From Truepera sp. (GTDB lineage: Bacteria; Deinococcota; Deinococci; Deinococcales; Trueperaceae): DNA of 64,000 nt. The position numbers and the translations under genes are program-made. The notes under the pieces are model-generated. The model ran no database searches and was not told where the DNA came from. It worked only from the letters and a program-made list of their open reading frames with translations. Each line of letters opens with the position of its first letter. Positions within the stretch are counted from its first letter, which is position 1. The stretch spans positions 864,001-928,000 of the forward strand of contig CBDCKW010000009.1 in assembly GCA_965218435.1 (NCBI GenBank), given 5' to 3'. Below are positions 18,160 through 28,401 of the stretch, piece after piece.

Positions 18160-19357
18160 TAGGGCAAACGCACTAGCCATGCTCTAAGCTGTGGGATGGT
18201 CACGAACATACTAGAGGCGTTTACCGAATTACCCGACCCACGCAGAGAGCACCCCCTAAAGCTGCACAAACTGATAGACATTGTGGTGATAACCGTATGC
18301 GCCGTCATCGCCAAGTCAGAAACCTGGGAAGAGATAGCAGATTACGGGGTTATGAAAGAAGACTTTTTGAGAAAGTTTCTAGCGTTGCCCCACGGTATCC
18401 CATCTCACGACACCTTTACCCGCGTGTTTGCACAACTCGATCCCGCTGCTTGGCAGACATGCTTTATACGCTGGATGCATACGGTAAGTCAGCTGAGCGA
18501 GGAAAAGCTCATCAGCATTGACGGAAAGATGTTGCGCGGTTCCAAATCGAAGGGGAAAAGTAAGTGCGAGCCTAGCCGGACTGCTATAACGATGTTGAGC
18601 GCCTGGGCAAGTGAAAATGAACTTGTACTGGCACAGCTTGCCCTTAAAAACAACGCAAATGAACTCAGCCTCATTCCCGAGCTGCTAGACCTACTTGACC
18701 TGGAGGGTGCTAGCGTAAGCATTGACGCGGCGGGTTGTCACAAGGAGGCTGCTGAGCACATCACAACCCAGGGGGCTGAGTATGTCTTGTCACTCAAAGC
18801 CAATCATGGCGTGTTGTTTAACGAGGTTGATTGGCTGTTCGATTACCAGCTTAAAGAAGTCGGGGCGTTGGACAGGGCTGAAACTTTCGATGTGGCACAC
18901 GGGCGGCAGGAAACCAGAACCTGCTGGGTGATGCGGGATCTGAGCTATCTCGAAAAAGCAGATTGTGGACTTTCAGATTGGGCACAACTCAGCGCGGTCA
19001 TCGTCGTCGATACCCACGTGTTGAGATACGGTCAAGAATCCTACCAACGCCGCTTCTTCCTTACCTCACACACCTTCTCTGCTTCCGAAGCACTTAGCAG
19101 GGTCAGAAAGCACTGGTCGATTGAAAACCAGCAGCATTACCCACTCGACGTCCTATTCCGTGAGGACGCCTCACGCACGCGCAAAGGCTTTGCTGCTCAG
19201 AACTTGGCTTCTCTACGCCGTTTGGCCCTTAACCTTATCAATCTCGATACCAGCTTCACCGCCTCCAAGCGGCGCAAGCGGTTCAGAGCCTTACTCAACG
19301 ACGACTATCTCCTAAGTCTCCTGGGCCTGAGCGGAGTGAGCTAGTGCGTTTGCCCTA
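18160..19357 (+). mobile_element. ISAs1-family IS, apparently intact
   Basis: Perfect 17-bp TIR TAGGGCAAACGCACTAG; 10-bp TSD GGTTTTGTAC at 18150-18159 and 19358-19367. Confidence 0.95.
18196..19344 (+). CDS. ISAs1 family transposase
   Basis: LPDPR, GIPSHDTF, IDGKMLRGS, SIDAAGC, LKAN, HGRQETR, RKHWSIEN..LDVLFRED. Confidence 0.95.
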   Translation: MVTNILEAFTELPDPRREHPLKLHKLIDIVVITVCAVIAKSETWEEIADYGVMKEDFLRKFLALPHGIPSHDTFTRVFAQLDPAAWQTCFIRWMHTVSQLSEEKLISIDGKMLRGSKSKGKSKCEPSRTAITMLSAWASENELVLAQLALKNNANELSLIPELLDLLDLEGASVSIDAAGCHKEAAEHITTQGAEYVLSLKANHGVLFNEVDWLFDYQLKEVGALDRAETFDVAHGRQETRTCWVMRDLSYLEKADCGLSDWAQLSAVIVVDTHVLRYGQESYQRRFFLTSHTFSASEALSRVRKHWSIENQQHYPLDVLFREDASRTRKGFAAQNLASLRRLALNLINLDTSFTASKRRKRFRALLNDDYLLSLLGLSGVS

Positions 19358-19410
19358 GGTTTTGTACCGTATCCCTAACATCGCGCACGTTTTTGTCTTA
19401 TACTAATCTC

Positions 19411-19539
19411 ATGAAAAATCAAAAAACCGTGAAAACGGGGTCGAACGTCCGTTTGGTTCAGGTGTTGGCTCGTAGACGGTCGCAGGCAACCGGTGTGGCG
19501 CGGGCGCTCGAGCAGCGGCGCAGCCTGCGTCTTCGTTAG
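19411..19539 (+). CDS. Putative 42-aa basic small protein (leaderless)
   Basis: TATACT 6 nt before ATG; MKNQKTVKTGSNVRLVQVLARRRSQATGVARALEQRRSLRLR; terminator follows. Confidence 0.5.
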   Translation: MKNQKTVKTGSNVRLVQVLARRRSQATGVARALEQRRSLRLR

Positions 19540-19551
19540 GCTGGACCGTTG

Positions 19552-19581
19552 AGGCGTCAGCTCGATAAGCTGACGCCTTTT
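19552..19581. terminator. Hairpin terminator between the small ORF and hslU
   Basis: AGGCGTCAGCT-CGATA-AGCTGACGCCT-TTT. Confidence 0.8.
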
Positions 19582-19602
19582 CGGGTCTCTAAGCGTTTTA
19601 AG

Positions 19603-20883
19603 TTAAAGCACGTAACGCGACAAGTCTTCGTCGCTGACGATGTCCTCGAGCTTTTTCTTGACGTACGCGCCGTCAATCGTCACGTCGCCGAGTTCAGTGG
19701 CAAACGACACATCTTCTAACACGGTTTCTAACACCGTATGCAGCCGCCGCGCCCCGATGTCTTCGACGTCGGCGTTGACCTGGGCGCTGTATTCGGCAAT
19801 CGCCTCGATCCCGGAGTCTTCAAAGTGTAGCCGCGTCCCGTCAACCCTGAGGAGTTCGGTGTACTGCTTTGTGAGTGAGTGCTGCGGCTGGGTCAAGATC
19901 AGCTGAAAATCGTTAGCAGAAAGCTCTTCTAACTCGACGCGGATGGGAAACCGTCCTTGCAGTTCGGGAATTAAATCGCTCGGTTTCGAGACGGTAAACG
20001 CGCCCGCCGCGATAAAGAGCACATGGTCGGTCTTAACCTGACCGTAACGGGTATTGACCTGCGTGCCTTCGACAATCGGCAAGAGGTCGCGCTGCACCCC
20101 TTCGCCCGACACGTCGGGGCCGCTGTTGTCGCCGCCCGCAACCTTATCGAGTTCGTCAATAAAGACGATACCCGAATTTTCGGCTCTCGAGACCGCCTCG
20201 CTCGAGACCTCATCGTGGTCAATGAGCTTGTCGGCCTCTTCGCTGCGGAGCGCCTCCCGCGCCTCGGACACCCGGAGCTTGCGTTTGGTCCGTTTTTTAG
20301 GCATAAAGTTCGACATCATGTCTTGCAAGTTCATGCCCATCTCTTCCATCCCCGGCATCATCAGCTGCTGCGGGTGCTCGTCACTCACTTCAATTTCTAA
20401 GGTGCGGTCCTCGAGCTTGCCAGCTTTCAAAAGCTCACGCATCTTGCCGCGTCCCTCTTCGGTGCCGCCGGGTAAAAGATACTCTAAGAGCTTTTCTTCC
20501 GCGTTCTCTTTGGCCCGCTCTTGCACCCCGCTGAGCATCTCTTCTTCGACCATCACGTAAGACGCCTGCGTCAGGTCGCGGACCATAGACTCAACGTCAC
20601 GCCCGACGTAGCCGACCTCGGTAAACTTAGTCGCCTCGACCTTGATAAAGGGGGCTTTGGCGAGCCGCGCCAAGCGCCGCGCAATCTCGGTTTTACCCAC
20701 GCCGGTCGGCCCGATCATCAAGATATTTTTAGGCGTGACTTCGGTCTGCAGGTCGCCCGCGAGTTGCCGCCTGCGGTAGTGGTTGCGAAGCGCCACGGCG
20801 ACCGAACGTTTCGCTTTATGCTGACCGATAATGTACTTATCGAGCTCTTCAACGATCTCTAAGGGGGTCATATTGACGCTCAC
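19603..20883 (-). CDS. hslU: ATP-dependent protease ATPase subunit HslU
   Basis: [55 protein letters not shown]-terminus. Confidence 0.97.
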   Translation of the reverse strand: MSVNMTPLEIVEELDKYIIGQHKAKRSVAVALRNHYRRRQLAGDLQTEVTPKNILMIGPTGVGKTEIARRLARLAKAPFIKVEATKFTEVGYVGRDVESMVRDLTQASYVMVEEEMLSGVQERAKENAEEKLLEYLLPGGTEEGRGKMRELLKAGKLEDRTLEIEVSDEHPQQLMMPGMEEMGMNLQDMMSNFMPKKRTKRKLRVSEAREALRSEEADKLIDHDEVSSEAVSRAENSGIVFIDELDKVAGGDNSGPDVSGEGVQRDLLPIVEGTQVNTRYGQVKTDHVLFIAAGAFTVSKPSDLIPELQGRFPIRVELEELSANDFQLILTQPQHSLTKQYTELLRVDGTRLHFEDSGIEAIAEYSAQVNADVEDIGARRLHTVLETVLEDVSFATELGDVTIDGAYVKKKLEDIVSDEDLSRYVL

Positions 20884-21488
20884 GACGCTTCTCCTTCGAT
20901 GATCTCCACATCACTTTTGTCACCATCGTCTTCGTCACTTGCGCCTTGGTTATCCGGAACCCGTAAAACGGTTGCCGTACCGCTCGTATAGAGGTCAATT
21001 TCAGCGGCAATTTTAAGCGCGGTTTCGGCGATTTCAGGTGCGCCCATGTCGCTGTGCCGTAAGAGTGCCAACGCCGCCGCCTGTGCGTACGCGCCGCCTG
21101 AACCGGTGGACGCGACCGGCTCGTCGGGCGCGAAAACGTCGCCTGCGCCGGAGAGGGTCAGGATTTGTTCGTCGTCGGCGACGATCAGCATGGCCTCGAG
21201 GTTCCTGAGCATCTTGTCGGTGCGCCACTCTTTGACGGTTTCAACCGCCGCTTTGGTGAGGTTGCCCCGGTACGACGCCAGATAGCCCTCGAACTTTTCC
21301 AGCAGCGTAAAGGCGTCCGAGACCGCGCCCGCAAAACCTGTCAGCACCTTACCGTCTTGCAGGCTCCGTACCTTGACCGCACCCTTTTTGACAATCGTCT
21401 CACCGAGGGTGATCTGCCCGTCTCCGGCAATCGCCGTCACGCCGTCCTTATGAACAGCGATAATCGTAGTTCCATGAATCCGTTCCAT
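20880..21488 (-). CDS. hslV: ATP-dependent protease subunit HslV
   Basis: [35 protein letters not shown]. Confidence 0.96.
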   Translation of the reverse strand: MERIHGTTIIAVHKDGVTAIAGDGQITLGETIVKKGAVKVRSLQDGKVLTGFAGAVSDAFTLLEKFEGYLASYRGNLTKAAVETVKEWRTDKMLRNLEAMLIVADDEQILTLSGAGDVFAPDEPVASTGSGGAYAQAAALALLRHSDMGAPEIAETALKIAAEIDLYTSGTATVLRVPDNQGASDEDDGDKSDVEIIEGEAS

Positions 21489-21640
21489 ATGGCGCAATCG
21501 TAACAAGCTGCAGGTAAAAGTATGTAACGCACATTCCTTGATAGTGGCTTTATAAAGTTTTATTGCGCCATTCGCTAGAAGTCTGGCAGATGTCAGGCCG
21601 CTAGCACCTAGAGAGCCGAGTCTCGGTAAAATAACCTGAT

Positions 21641-22657
21641 ATGTACCGCTTCGCCCGTTACCCTCTCAGCGTCGCCCCGATGATGGACTGGACCGACCGG
21701 CACCAACGCGTGTTTATGCGCGGGGTGACGCGTCACGCGTTGCTCTACACCGAAATGGTCACGATGAACGCGGTGCTTTTGGGAGACCGGGCCAGGGTTC
21801 TGGGCTTCTCACAAATTGAAAAACCGCTCGCGTTACAACTCGGGGGGGACGACCCCGCCAAACTCGCTGAGTGTGCCCGCATCGCCGAAGCTTGGGGTTA
21901 CGACGAGGTGAATCTCAACGTCGGTTGCCCATCGGCGCGGGTGCAGAGTGGCAACTTCGGCGCGTGTTTGATGGCGCAACCCGAGCTGGTCGCGGCGTGC
22001 GTGGCGGCGATGCAGGCCGCCGTAAACATACCGGTGACGGTCAAACACCGTATCGGGATTGATGACCTGGACAGTTTTACGCTGCTTACAAAATTCGTCG
22101 GGACGGTGGCTGACGCCGGGGCCACCCGTTTCAGCGTTCATGCCCGCAAAGCGTGGCTTTCGGGCCTCAGCCCCAAAGAGAACCGGACGGTGCCGCCACT
22201 CCGTTATGAGACGGTTTACCAGCTTAAAGAGGTGTTTCCGGGACTCGAGCTCGAGCTTAACGGCGGCGTCAAAACCTTAGACGACGTTCAGCTTCACTTA
22301 GAGCACGTAGACGCGGTGATGCTGGGCCGCGCCGCCTACGAAACGCCCTATGCTCTAGCCGAAACCGACGTGCGTTTTTACGGGGCTGAACACGTCCCGA
22401 CACGGCTCGAGGTCGCCGAAGCTATGTTGCCTTATCTGGAAGCGCAAGGCTCTCAGGGTGTTCCCTTAAACAGCATGACCCGGCATATGCTGGGACTTTT
22501 CGCCGGACAACCCGGTGCGCGGGCGTGGCGCAGGCACATCAGCGAAAACGTCCATAAACCGGGAGCCGGGGCCGAAGTTGTGAGAGACGCGCTGCGTTGG
22601 GTACCGGACGCTGTGTTGAATGAACGTTCGGTACGCCAAACTTTGACAAGTGTTTAA
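21641..22657 (+). CDS. dusA: tRNA dihydrouridine(20/20a) synthase
   Basis: SVAPMMDWTDRH, ALQLGG, NLNVGCPS, VHARKAWLSGLSPKENR. Confidence 0.95.
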   Translation: MYRFARYPLSVAPMMDWTDRHQRVFMRGVTRHALLYTEMVTMNAVLLGDRARVLGFSQIEKPLALQLGGDDPAKLAECARIAEAWGYDEVNLNVGCPSARVQSGNFGACLMAQPELVAACVAAMQAAVNIPVTVKHRIGIDDLDSFTLLTKFVGTVADAGATRFSVHARKAWLSGLSPKENRTVPPLRYETVYQLKEVFPGLELELNGGVKTLDDVQLHLEHVDAVMLGRAAYETPYALAETDVRFYGAEHVPTRLEVAEAMLPYLEAQGSQGVPLNSMTRHMLGLFAGQPGARAWRRHISENVHKPGAGAEVVRDALRWVPDAVLNERSVRQTLTSV

Positions 22658-22697
22658 CGGTTTAGATTTATAAGGGTGGGGACATTTTAGATAGGCG

Positions 22698-23057
22698 TCA
22701 GTAAGGCGGTGCTGGCAACAGAGCTTTGAGCTTTTGAAGCACCTCTCCGATAATTTGAGGCGGAAGTTCGGTGATAAGCTCAACTCGCCGAACCTGCCAA
22801 TCCAAGCTTTTGACTTGATCCGCTAACACAACTCCGGAAACTCTTTCGTTTTCGGATATCACGACCTCAAACGGATACCCTTTCACTTGACTTGTAATGG
22901 GGCAAAAAAGGGCCAAACGAACCTTGCGGTTGTACGCGTGAGGTGACAAAACCAGTGCAGGACGTCTGCCTGCTTGCTCGTGTCCTGCTTGAGGACTAAA
23001 GTCGAGCCATACGGCGTCACCTTGTTTAGGCACGTAAGGTTGAGGGGTATAGCTCAC
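22698..23057 (-). CDS. mazF: MazF/PemK endoribonuclease toxin
   Basis: GDAVWLDFSPQAGHEQAGRRPALVLSP, CPITSQVKGYPFEV, DQVKSLDW. Confidence 0.95.
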   Translation of the reverse strand: MSYTPQPYVPKQGDAVWLDFSPQAGHEQAGRRPALVLSPHAYNRKVRLALFCPITSQVKGYPFEVVISENERVSGVVLADQVKSLDWQVRRVELITELPPQIIGEVLQKLKALLPAPPY

Positions 23058-23060
23058 CCG

Positions 23061-23303
23061 TTACCAAACCTCATTCCCAACTGAAATGCCCGTTTCTACC
23101 TCAGCATGAAGGTTCTCTTCGGTCACACCTGCCAACAACTGCTCGAGCGAACAACTGGGTTTGGCCACCGGGGTGATGACCAAGTTGCCTTTAACCAAAC
23201 TGAGGTCAACCTCGGTGTCGGGCTCGAGCGAGGTTTCGCTTGCAAATGATTTGGGAATACGAACCGCTAGACTGTTTCCCCATTTTTGAACCTTAGTTTT
23301 CAC
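23061..23303 (-). CDS. mazE: AbrB/MazE antitoxin
   Basis: KVQKWGNSLAVRIP...LLAGVTEENLH..GNEVW; GGAGG RBS. Confidence 0.95.
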   Translation of the reverse strand: MKTKVQKWGNSLAVRIPKSFASETSLEPDTEVDLSLVKGNLVITPVAKPSCSLEQLLAGVTEENLHAEVETGISVGNEVW

Positions 23304-23316
23304 GTTACCTCCAAAA

Positions 23317-23335
23317 GTATCTACAAAGAGTATAC
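23317..23335. promoter_or_regulatory. Probable mazEF autoregulatory operator/-10 region
   Basis: Imperfect palindrome GTATCTACAAAGAGTATAC just upstream of mazE. Confidence 0.5.
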
Positions 23336-23357
23336 AAGGCTCGAGGGGTAAGGTGTT

Positions 23358-23954
23358 CTAGCGGCCGGTCGTCTCAACACCCAAATCGTGAATAACGCCG
23401 TCTTCCAGGCTGTAAATCCAACCGTGAACGGCTAAAGTTTGACCCCGCTCCCACGCAGCTTGCACAATCGTCGTTTGCGAAACATTTTTTACTTGCTCGG
23501 TGACGTTGAGTTCACAGAGCCGCCGGAGCTGAGCGGGCGCGTCTAAACTGTCTATCTCAGTGCGGTGTTGGTCGTACACATCCCGAATATGCCGGAGCCA
23601 ATTGTCAATCAGGCCGAGCTGTTTGCCGCGCAAGGCCGCCTCGACGCCGCCGCAACCGTAGTGTCCGCAGACGATGATGTGCTCAACCTTTAAGACCTCG
23701 GCGGCGTATTGAATCACCGACAAGCAGTTGAGGTCGGTATGGACGACGACGTTGGCGATGTTGCGGTGAACAAACAGCTCCCCGGGTCCTAAGTTCATGA
23801 TCTGATTGGCCGGAACCCGTGAGTCGGCACAACCGATCCACAGGTATTTAGGTGTCTGCTGCTCGGCGTGCCGCCGAAAAATCTCAGGGTCTTGCTCGGC
23901 CATTCCTTCGGCCCAAGCACGGTTTTTTTCTAGTAGATGGGTAAGGTCAGACAC
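23358..23954 (-). CDS. can: Beta-class carbonic anhydrase
   Basis: WIGCADSRVP, FVHRNIAN, CGHYGCGG. Confidence 0.94.
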   Translation of the reverse strand: MSDLTHLLEKNRAWAEGMAEQDPEIFRRHAEQQTPKYLWIGCADSRVPANQIMNLGPGELFVHRNIANVVVHTDLNCLSVIQYAAEVLKVEHIIVCGHYGCGGVEAALRGKQLGLIDNWLRHIRDVYDQHRTEIDSLDAPAQLRRLCELNVTEQVKNVSQTTIVQAAWERGQTLAVHGWIYSLEDGVIHDLGVETTGR

Positions 23955-24029
23955 GCGCTGAGTTTACCGTAGTGCGTTCAAGCTCGTTATGAGTTGCGCC
24001 CGAGTCCCTCTACAATCCGCTCCAACGCC

Positions 24030-24161
24030 TCACTCAAATTTTCGCTGACTTTGTAAGGTAGCCAGCAGCGTCCAAACGACAAACCAGATGGTTCCAATAG
24101 CGATTGTGGGCCAAATAAGGACGATAAAAAGCTCCGGCAATCCCAGCGTTCCAAGTCTCAT
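24030..24161 (-). CDS. Possible small membrane protein (possibly frameshifted)
   Basis: MRLGTLGLPELFIVLIWPTIAIGTIWFVVWTLL.., hydrophobic; below the ORF-track cutoff. Confidence 0.3.
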   Translation of the reverse strand: MRLGTLGLPELFIVLIWPTIAIGTIWFVVWTLLATLQSQRKFE

Positions 24162-24231
24162 GCCAGAGCTTTAGCAGAAATTAGCAATAACTAGGCGCAG
24201 TAAATCCTGCTGCGCCTAACCGGATTGGGTC

Positions 24232-25974
24232 TTAAAGTCTGAGCTGTATCCCGTGCAAATTCGCGTAGACGCCGCCCAGCTCGAGCAACTCCTTATGTGT
24301 TCCCTCTTCAGAGACGCCGTGGTCGGTTAAAACAACGATTCTTTGGGCGTTTTGGATGGTTGATAAACGGTGTGCAATCACGAGCATGGTCCGCTGGTGG
24401 GCCAAACCTTCCAGCGACGCTTGCACCGCCCGCTCACTTTCGTTGTCCAAAGCACTCGTCGCCTCATCAAAGATGATGACCGGCGGATTTTTTAAGAAAA
24501 CGCGGGCGATACTGAGCCGCTGCTTTTGCCCACCTGAAAGTTTGACGCCGCGCTGACCGATGTCGGTGTCGTAACCGTCCGGGAGCGCCATGATGAAGTC
24601 GTGCGCGTTGGCTTTTCTTGCCGCTTCGATGATCTCTGTTTGACCTGCCCCCGGTTTGCCGTAGCGGATATTGTCGGCGACGGTGCCTGAAAAAAGGTAA
24701 ACATCTTGCTGGACGACGCCGATGTTTTTTCTCAGCGAGCGCAGGCTGAGGTCTCTGACGTCATACCCATCAAACAAGACGGCTCCCTCATTGACTTCGT
24801 AAAAGCGGGGAATCAGTGAGCAGAGCGTAGTTTTGCCCACGCCGGAGTGCCCAACCAGAGCGACGTATTCGCCGGCTCTGACGGTTAACGAAAGGTCTTT
24901 TAAGACGTGCGCCGAGCCTTCTCGGTAGCTGAAGCTGACGTTGTTAAACTCGAGCTGACCTCGAGCCCGCCTTAACTCTATAGCGCCGGGTCTATCCTCA
25001 ATCTCCGGCGTAACCTCCAACATCTCCATCAGCCGGTCAAACCCGGTGACGCCTTCTTGGTACAGCACCGTGAAGTTAAGGGCGGTCCTAATCGGTTCAA
25101 GCAGCAGGCCGATATAGAGCAAATAGGTCACTAGATCGGCTAAATCCAGCGAGCCCCGCACGATGCCCGCGCCGCCGAAGACGATAATTGCAGCGGTGAT
25201 AAGTTGGGTAAAGGCGACGAGGCCGACAAAAAGGTAAGCCTCACTTTTGTAGCCGTTTTTTCTACTCTCCAAAAAACGGTTGTTTTCAAACGCAAACTTC
25301 TGGGCTTCAATCCCTTCGTTGGCAAACGATTTGACTATTCGTGAGCCCGAGAGCGTATCTTCAGCTTGCGCGTTGATATCGCCGATTCGGTCTTTAGTCG
25401 TCCGCAAGGCGAGGTTCATCCGTTTGTTGAAGTAAAACGCATAAACAGCCATAACGGGCAAAAAAAGGAAGACGATGAGAGTGAGCGGGACGTTGACCGT
25501 CAGTAAAATGACGAACGTGCCCAAAAACTTCAGCGACGAGGTGACGATATCTTCGGGGCCGTGGTGGTACAGCTCACCGAGCCAAAAGGTATCGTTGGTC
25601 AACCGGTTCATCAGCTGACCGACCTTTTGCTCATCGTAAAAACTAAATGACAGCTTTTGGTAGTGCTCAAAAAGTTCCTGCCGCATATCACGTTCCATCA
25701 ACGCGCCCATCGCGTGACCCTGATAATCCACAAACATCAGACAGAGCGCGTGAACGACGATCAGAACGAGCATCGCTGCGCCGACTGCGTAGATTTGACC
25801 CAGTGCGTTAGGGATGTTTCCTGCTGTCAAGATTTTGGTGATGTAGCGTGCGCCTAAGGGAAGCACTAAGGTCACGGCTGCAACGACCAGAGCGCAGGCT
25901 AAATCGGCGGCGAGTAACCCCTTATAAGGGCGGTAATAAGACAAAAACTTTTTGCCCCTGAGATTTACAAACAT
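24232..25974 (-). CDS. ABC exporter, fused TMD-NBD (MsbA/MdlB-like)
   Basis: Six TM helices; GHSGVGKTT, LSGGQKQR, FDEATSALD, IAHRLST. Confidence 0.93.
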   Translation of the reverse strand: MFVNLRGKKFLSYYRPYKGLLAADLACALVVAAVTLVLPLGARYITKILTAGNIPNALGQIYAVGAAMLVLIVVHALCLMFVDYQGHAMGALMERDMRQELFEHYQKLSFSFYDEQKVGQLMNRLTNDTFWLGELYHHGPEDIVTSSLKFLGTFVILLTVNVPLTLIVFLFLPVMAVYAFYFNKRMNLALRTTKDRIGDINAQAEDTLSGSRIVKSFANEGIEAQKFAFENNRFLESRKNGYKSEAYLFVGLVAFTQLITAAIIVFGGAGIVRGSLDLADLVTYLLYIGLLLEPIRTALNFTVLYQEGVTGFDRLMEMLEVTPEIEDRPGAIELRRARGQLEFNNVSFSYREGSAHVLKDLSLTVRAGEYVALVGHSGVGKTTLCSLIPRFYEVNEGAVLFDGYDVRDLSLRSLRKNIGVVQQDVYLFSGTVADNIRYGKPGAGQTEIIEAARKANAHDFIMALPDGYDTDIGQRGVKLSGGQKQRLSIARVFLKNPPVIIFDEATSALDNESERAVQASLEGLAHQRTMLVIAHRLSTIQNAQRIVVLTDHGVSEEGTHKELLELGGVYANLHGIQLRL

Positions 25975-26463
25975 GTTCCTCCGCGCGTCCAGCAGTATTG
26001 CTAAACGCAGATGTACGTCCAACTCACAAGTTGAAACGGTAGACAGCTAAATTGGCAAGTATGGATTGGCGGCGAACGACACTCAGCTAGCTGCAGGCGA
26101 CGCCAATGCGAGATGTAAGCCACATAGACGGTGCATTGCTAGTTGCTCAGCTGTTCGTTCGCCAAAGCACGACTTTTAGGCCGCTGTATTTAGAGAGTGC
26201 GTCTGACACGTAAACAGAACACACCTCAGCATCTAACTACGATGCTAGCTGCCAAACTGTGCGCAAGACTCGCTACGCAGTCAAAGCGGTGTCGTGCTCG
26301 AAGTAGGTTGTTTTCACAGCTGACCTCCACGCCGTTACAGCGTTTGCTGGTATCTGAGGAGCACCATACACCATTTGAGTCTGGGGTGTGACAAGTTGCC
26401 CTCGGCTATCTGACTGGGTAAGACTGAAGTGATGGCAGAGTCTGGCCCGGTATACAATCGCCC

Positions 26464-27081
26464 ATGACGTTTCCCTTAGGCCGTCCCGCACGGCTCGCCG
26501 TGTTTGCGTCGGGGCGCGGTTCAAACTTGCGTTCGCTTGTAGAGGCGTTTCCGCCCGGTGACCCGCTGGCGTCGGTTGCGCTGGTTTTGAGTAACAAACG
26601 CGGCGCGGGCGCACTTGCTCTGGCTGAGGCGCACGGTGTTCCGGCTTACGCCTTGCCTTTTGGCGCAGACCGCGACTGGTTTGAAAGAGAGGCGGACGCG
26701 CTCTTACAAAAGCTCGAGATTGACCTCATCTGTTTAGCCGGGTTTATGCGGGTGTTGTCGCCTGAGTTTACAGCGCGTTACGTGGGACGTTTACTAAATA
26801 TCCATCCGTCTTTGCTGCCAGCGTTTCCAGGGCTGCACGCGCAGCGGCAGGCGCTCAGTGCTGGCGTTCCTGAGTCGGGCTGTACCGTTCACTTCGTTGA
26901 CGCCGGGGTGGATACAGGGGCACCTATCGTGCAGCGGCGGGTGCCGGTTTTAGCAGAAGATACCGAACACACGCTGGCTGAACGTATTTTGGCTCAAGAA
27001 CACCGAGCGTACCCCGAAGCGGTGCGGCTGGTTCTCTCCGGGCTGGTGCAAGCAGAGATTGACAAAGGAGTGGCGACGTGA
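26464..27081 (+). CDS. purN: Phosphoribosylglycinamide formyltransferase
   Basis: SGRGSNL, LAGFMRVL, NIHPSLLPAFPG, GCTVHFVDAGVDTG. Confidence 0.96.
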   Translation: MTFPLGRPARLAVFASGRGSNLRSLVEAFPPGDPLASVALVLSNKRGAGALALAEAHGVPAYALPFGADRDWFEREADALLQKLEIDLICLAGFMRVLSPEFTARYVGRLLNIHPSLLPAFPGLHAQRQALSAGVPESGCTVHFVDAGVDTGAPIVQRRVPVLAEDTEHTLAERILAQEHRAYPEAVRLVLSGLVQAEIDKGVAT

Positions 27082-28343
27082 AGGTGATGGTCGTCGGTAG
27101 CGGTGGGCGCGAACACGCGCTGGTGTGGAAGCTGGCGCAGCCCAATCGGGTGACGGAAATCTTGGCGGTCCCCGGCAATGCGGGCATTGCGGAGTTGGCG
27201 TGTTGTGTAGACGCTGAGCTGACCCCGGAGGCGCTTTTGGCGGTGGCCGAACGTGAAAACATAGACTTTACCGTTGTCGGGCCGGAAGTGCCTTTGGTCG
27301 CAGGCGTCGTAGACGTGTTCGAGGCGGCAGGAAGGCGTATCTTTGGGCCGAACCGGGCGGCGGCGAGGCTCGAGGGTTCTAAAGTCTTTGCTAAAGCATT
27401 TATGGCGCGGCACCAGATTCCTACAGCGGCGTACCGGAGTTTTACCGAGCTTGACGAGGCGCGTAACTACCTCGAGACCCACTACCCAAACGCCGAGAGC
27501 TATCCGGTCGTCGTTAAAGATTCCGACCTCGCGGCGGGCAAAGGGGTGACGGTTGCCCGGACGCGCGGCGAAGCGGTCGGGGCGTTGGGGGCCGTTCTAC
27601 AAGATGGTGGCGAGGTGATGCTCGAGGCGTTTTTAACCGGCCAAGAGGTGAGTTTGTTGCTCCTGACCGACGGAGACACCGTACGGCCCTTACCGCTCGC
27701 CCAAGATTATAAACAAGCGTTTGACGGCGACCTCGGGCCGATGACCGGCGGGATGGGCGTCGTCGCGCCGGTACCGCTCTTAAGTGACGCGCAGTTCACC
27801 GAAGTCATGAAAACGGTCGTAACGCCGACGCTCGCCGGGCTCCGCGCCGAAGGGATGAGCTACCGGGGCGTGCTTTTTATCGGGCTGATGGTCACAGATG
27901 AGCGGGTCGAAGTTTTGGAGTACAACGTCCGCTTCGGTGACCCTGAAACGCAGGCGGTCTTGCCGCTGTTGAAGAGTGATTTGCTCGAGCTTTTGGAAGC
28001 TACCGCTGCCGGACGTTTGAGCGAGGTGACGCCGAGGTGGTCGCAAGAAGCGTCGGCGTGTGTGGTGCTGGCTGCGCCGGGGTATCCGGGTGGGTATCCG
28101 ACGGGCTTGCCGCTTAAACTGCCCGACACACTGCCGGAACATATCCGGGTGTTTCACGCGGGTACAGCTTTAGGAGAGCGTGGGTTGGTCTCGAGCGGGG
28201 GCCGCGTCTTAAACGTTGTGGCGTGGGCGGAAACTTTACCTGAAGCAGTCGCTGACGCCTACCGGGGCGTTGCTCAGGTAGATTTTCCTAGCGCACATCT
28301 GCGGCGTGACGTCGGTGGACGTCTGAAAATGCCTGCTAAGTAA
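27078..28343 (+). CDS. purD: Phosphoribosylamine--glycine ligase
   Basis: GSGGREHAL, VVGPEVPL, LEGSK, LAAGKGV, EYNVRFGDPE, GGRVL. Confidence 0.96.
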   Translation: MKVMVVGSGGREHALVWKLAQPNRVTEILAVPGNAGIAELACCVDAELTPEALLAVAERENIDFTVVGPEVPLVAGVVDVFEAAGRRIFGPNRAAARLEGSKVFAKAFMARHQIPTAAYRSFTELDEARNYLETHYPNAESYPVVVKDSDLAAGKGVTVARTRGEAVGALGAVLQDGGEVMLEAFLTGQEVSLLLLTDGDTVRPLPLAQDYKQAFDGDLGPMTGGMGVVAPVPLLSDAQFTEVMKTVVTPTLAGLRAEGMSYRGVLFIGLMVTDERVEVLEYNVRFGDPETQAVLPLLKSDLLELLEATAAGRLSEVTPRWSQEASACVVLAAPGYPGGYPTGLPLKLPDTLPEHIRVFHAGTALGERGLVSSGGRVLNVVAWAETLPEAVADAYRGVAQVDFPSAHLRRDVGGRLKMPAK

Positions 28344-28401
28344 TGAGCTGCGCCTGTACAAACTAGCGGGGCTCTACGCGGCTTAGTAGGTAGACTGACC
28401 C

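Noticed and set aside
21641..23303. dusA-associated integrative island
   Set aside because: No integrase or att duplication; only a mazEF pair lies downstream.
26023..26463. ZTP or purine riboswitch upstream of purN
   Set aside because: No recognisable consensus, and purN appears leaderless (TACAAT 5 nt before ATG).
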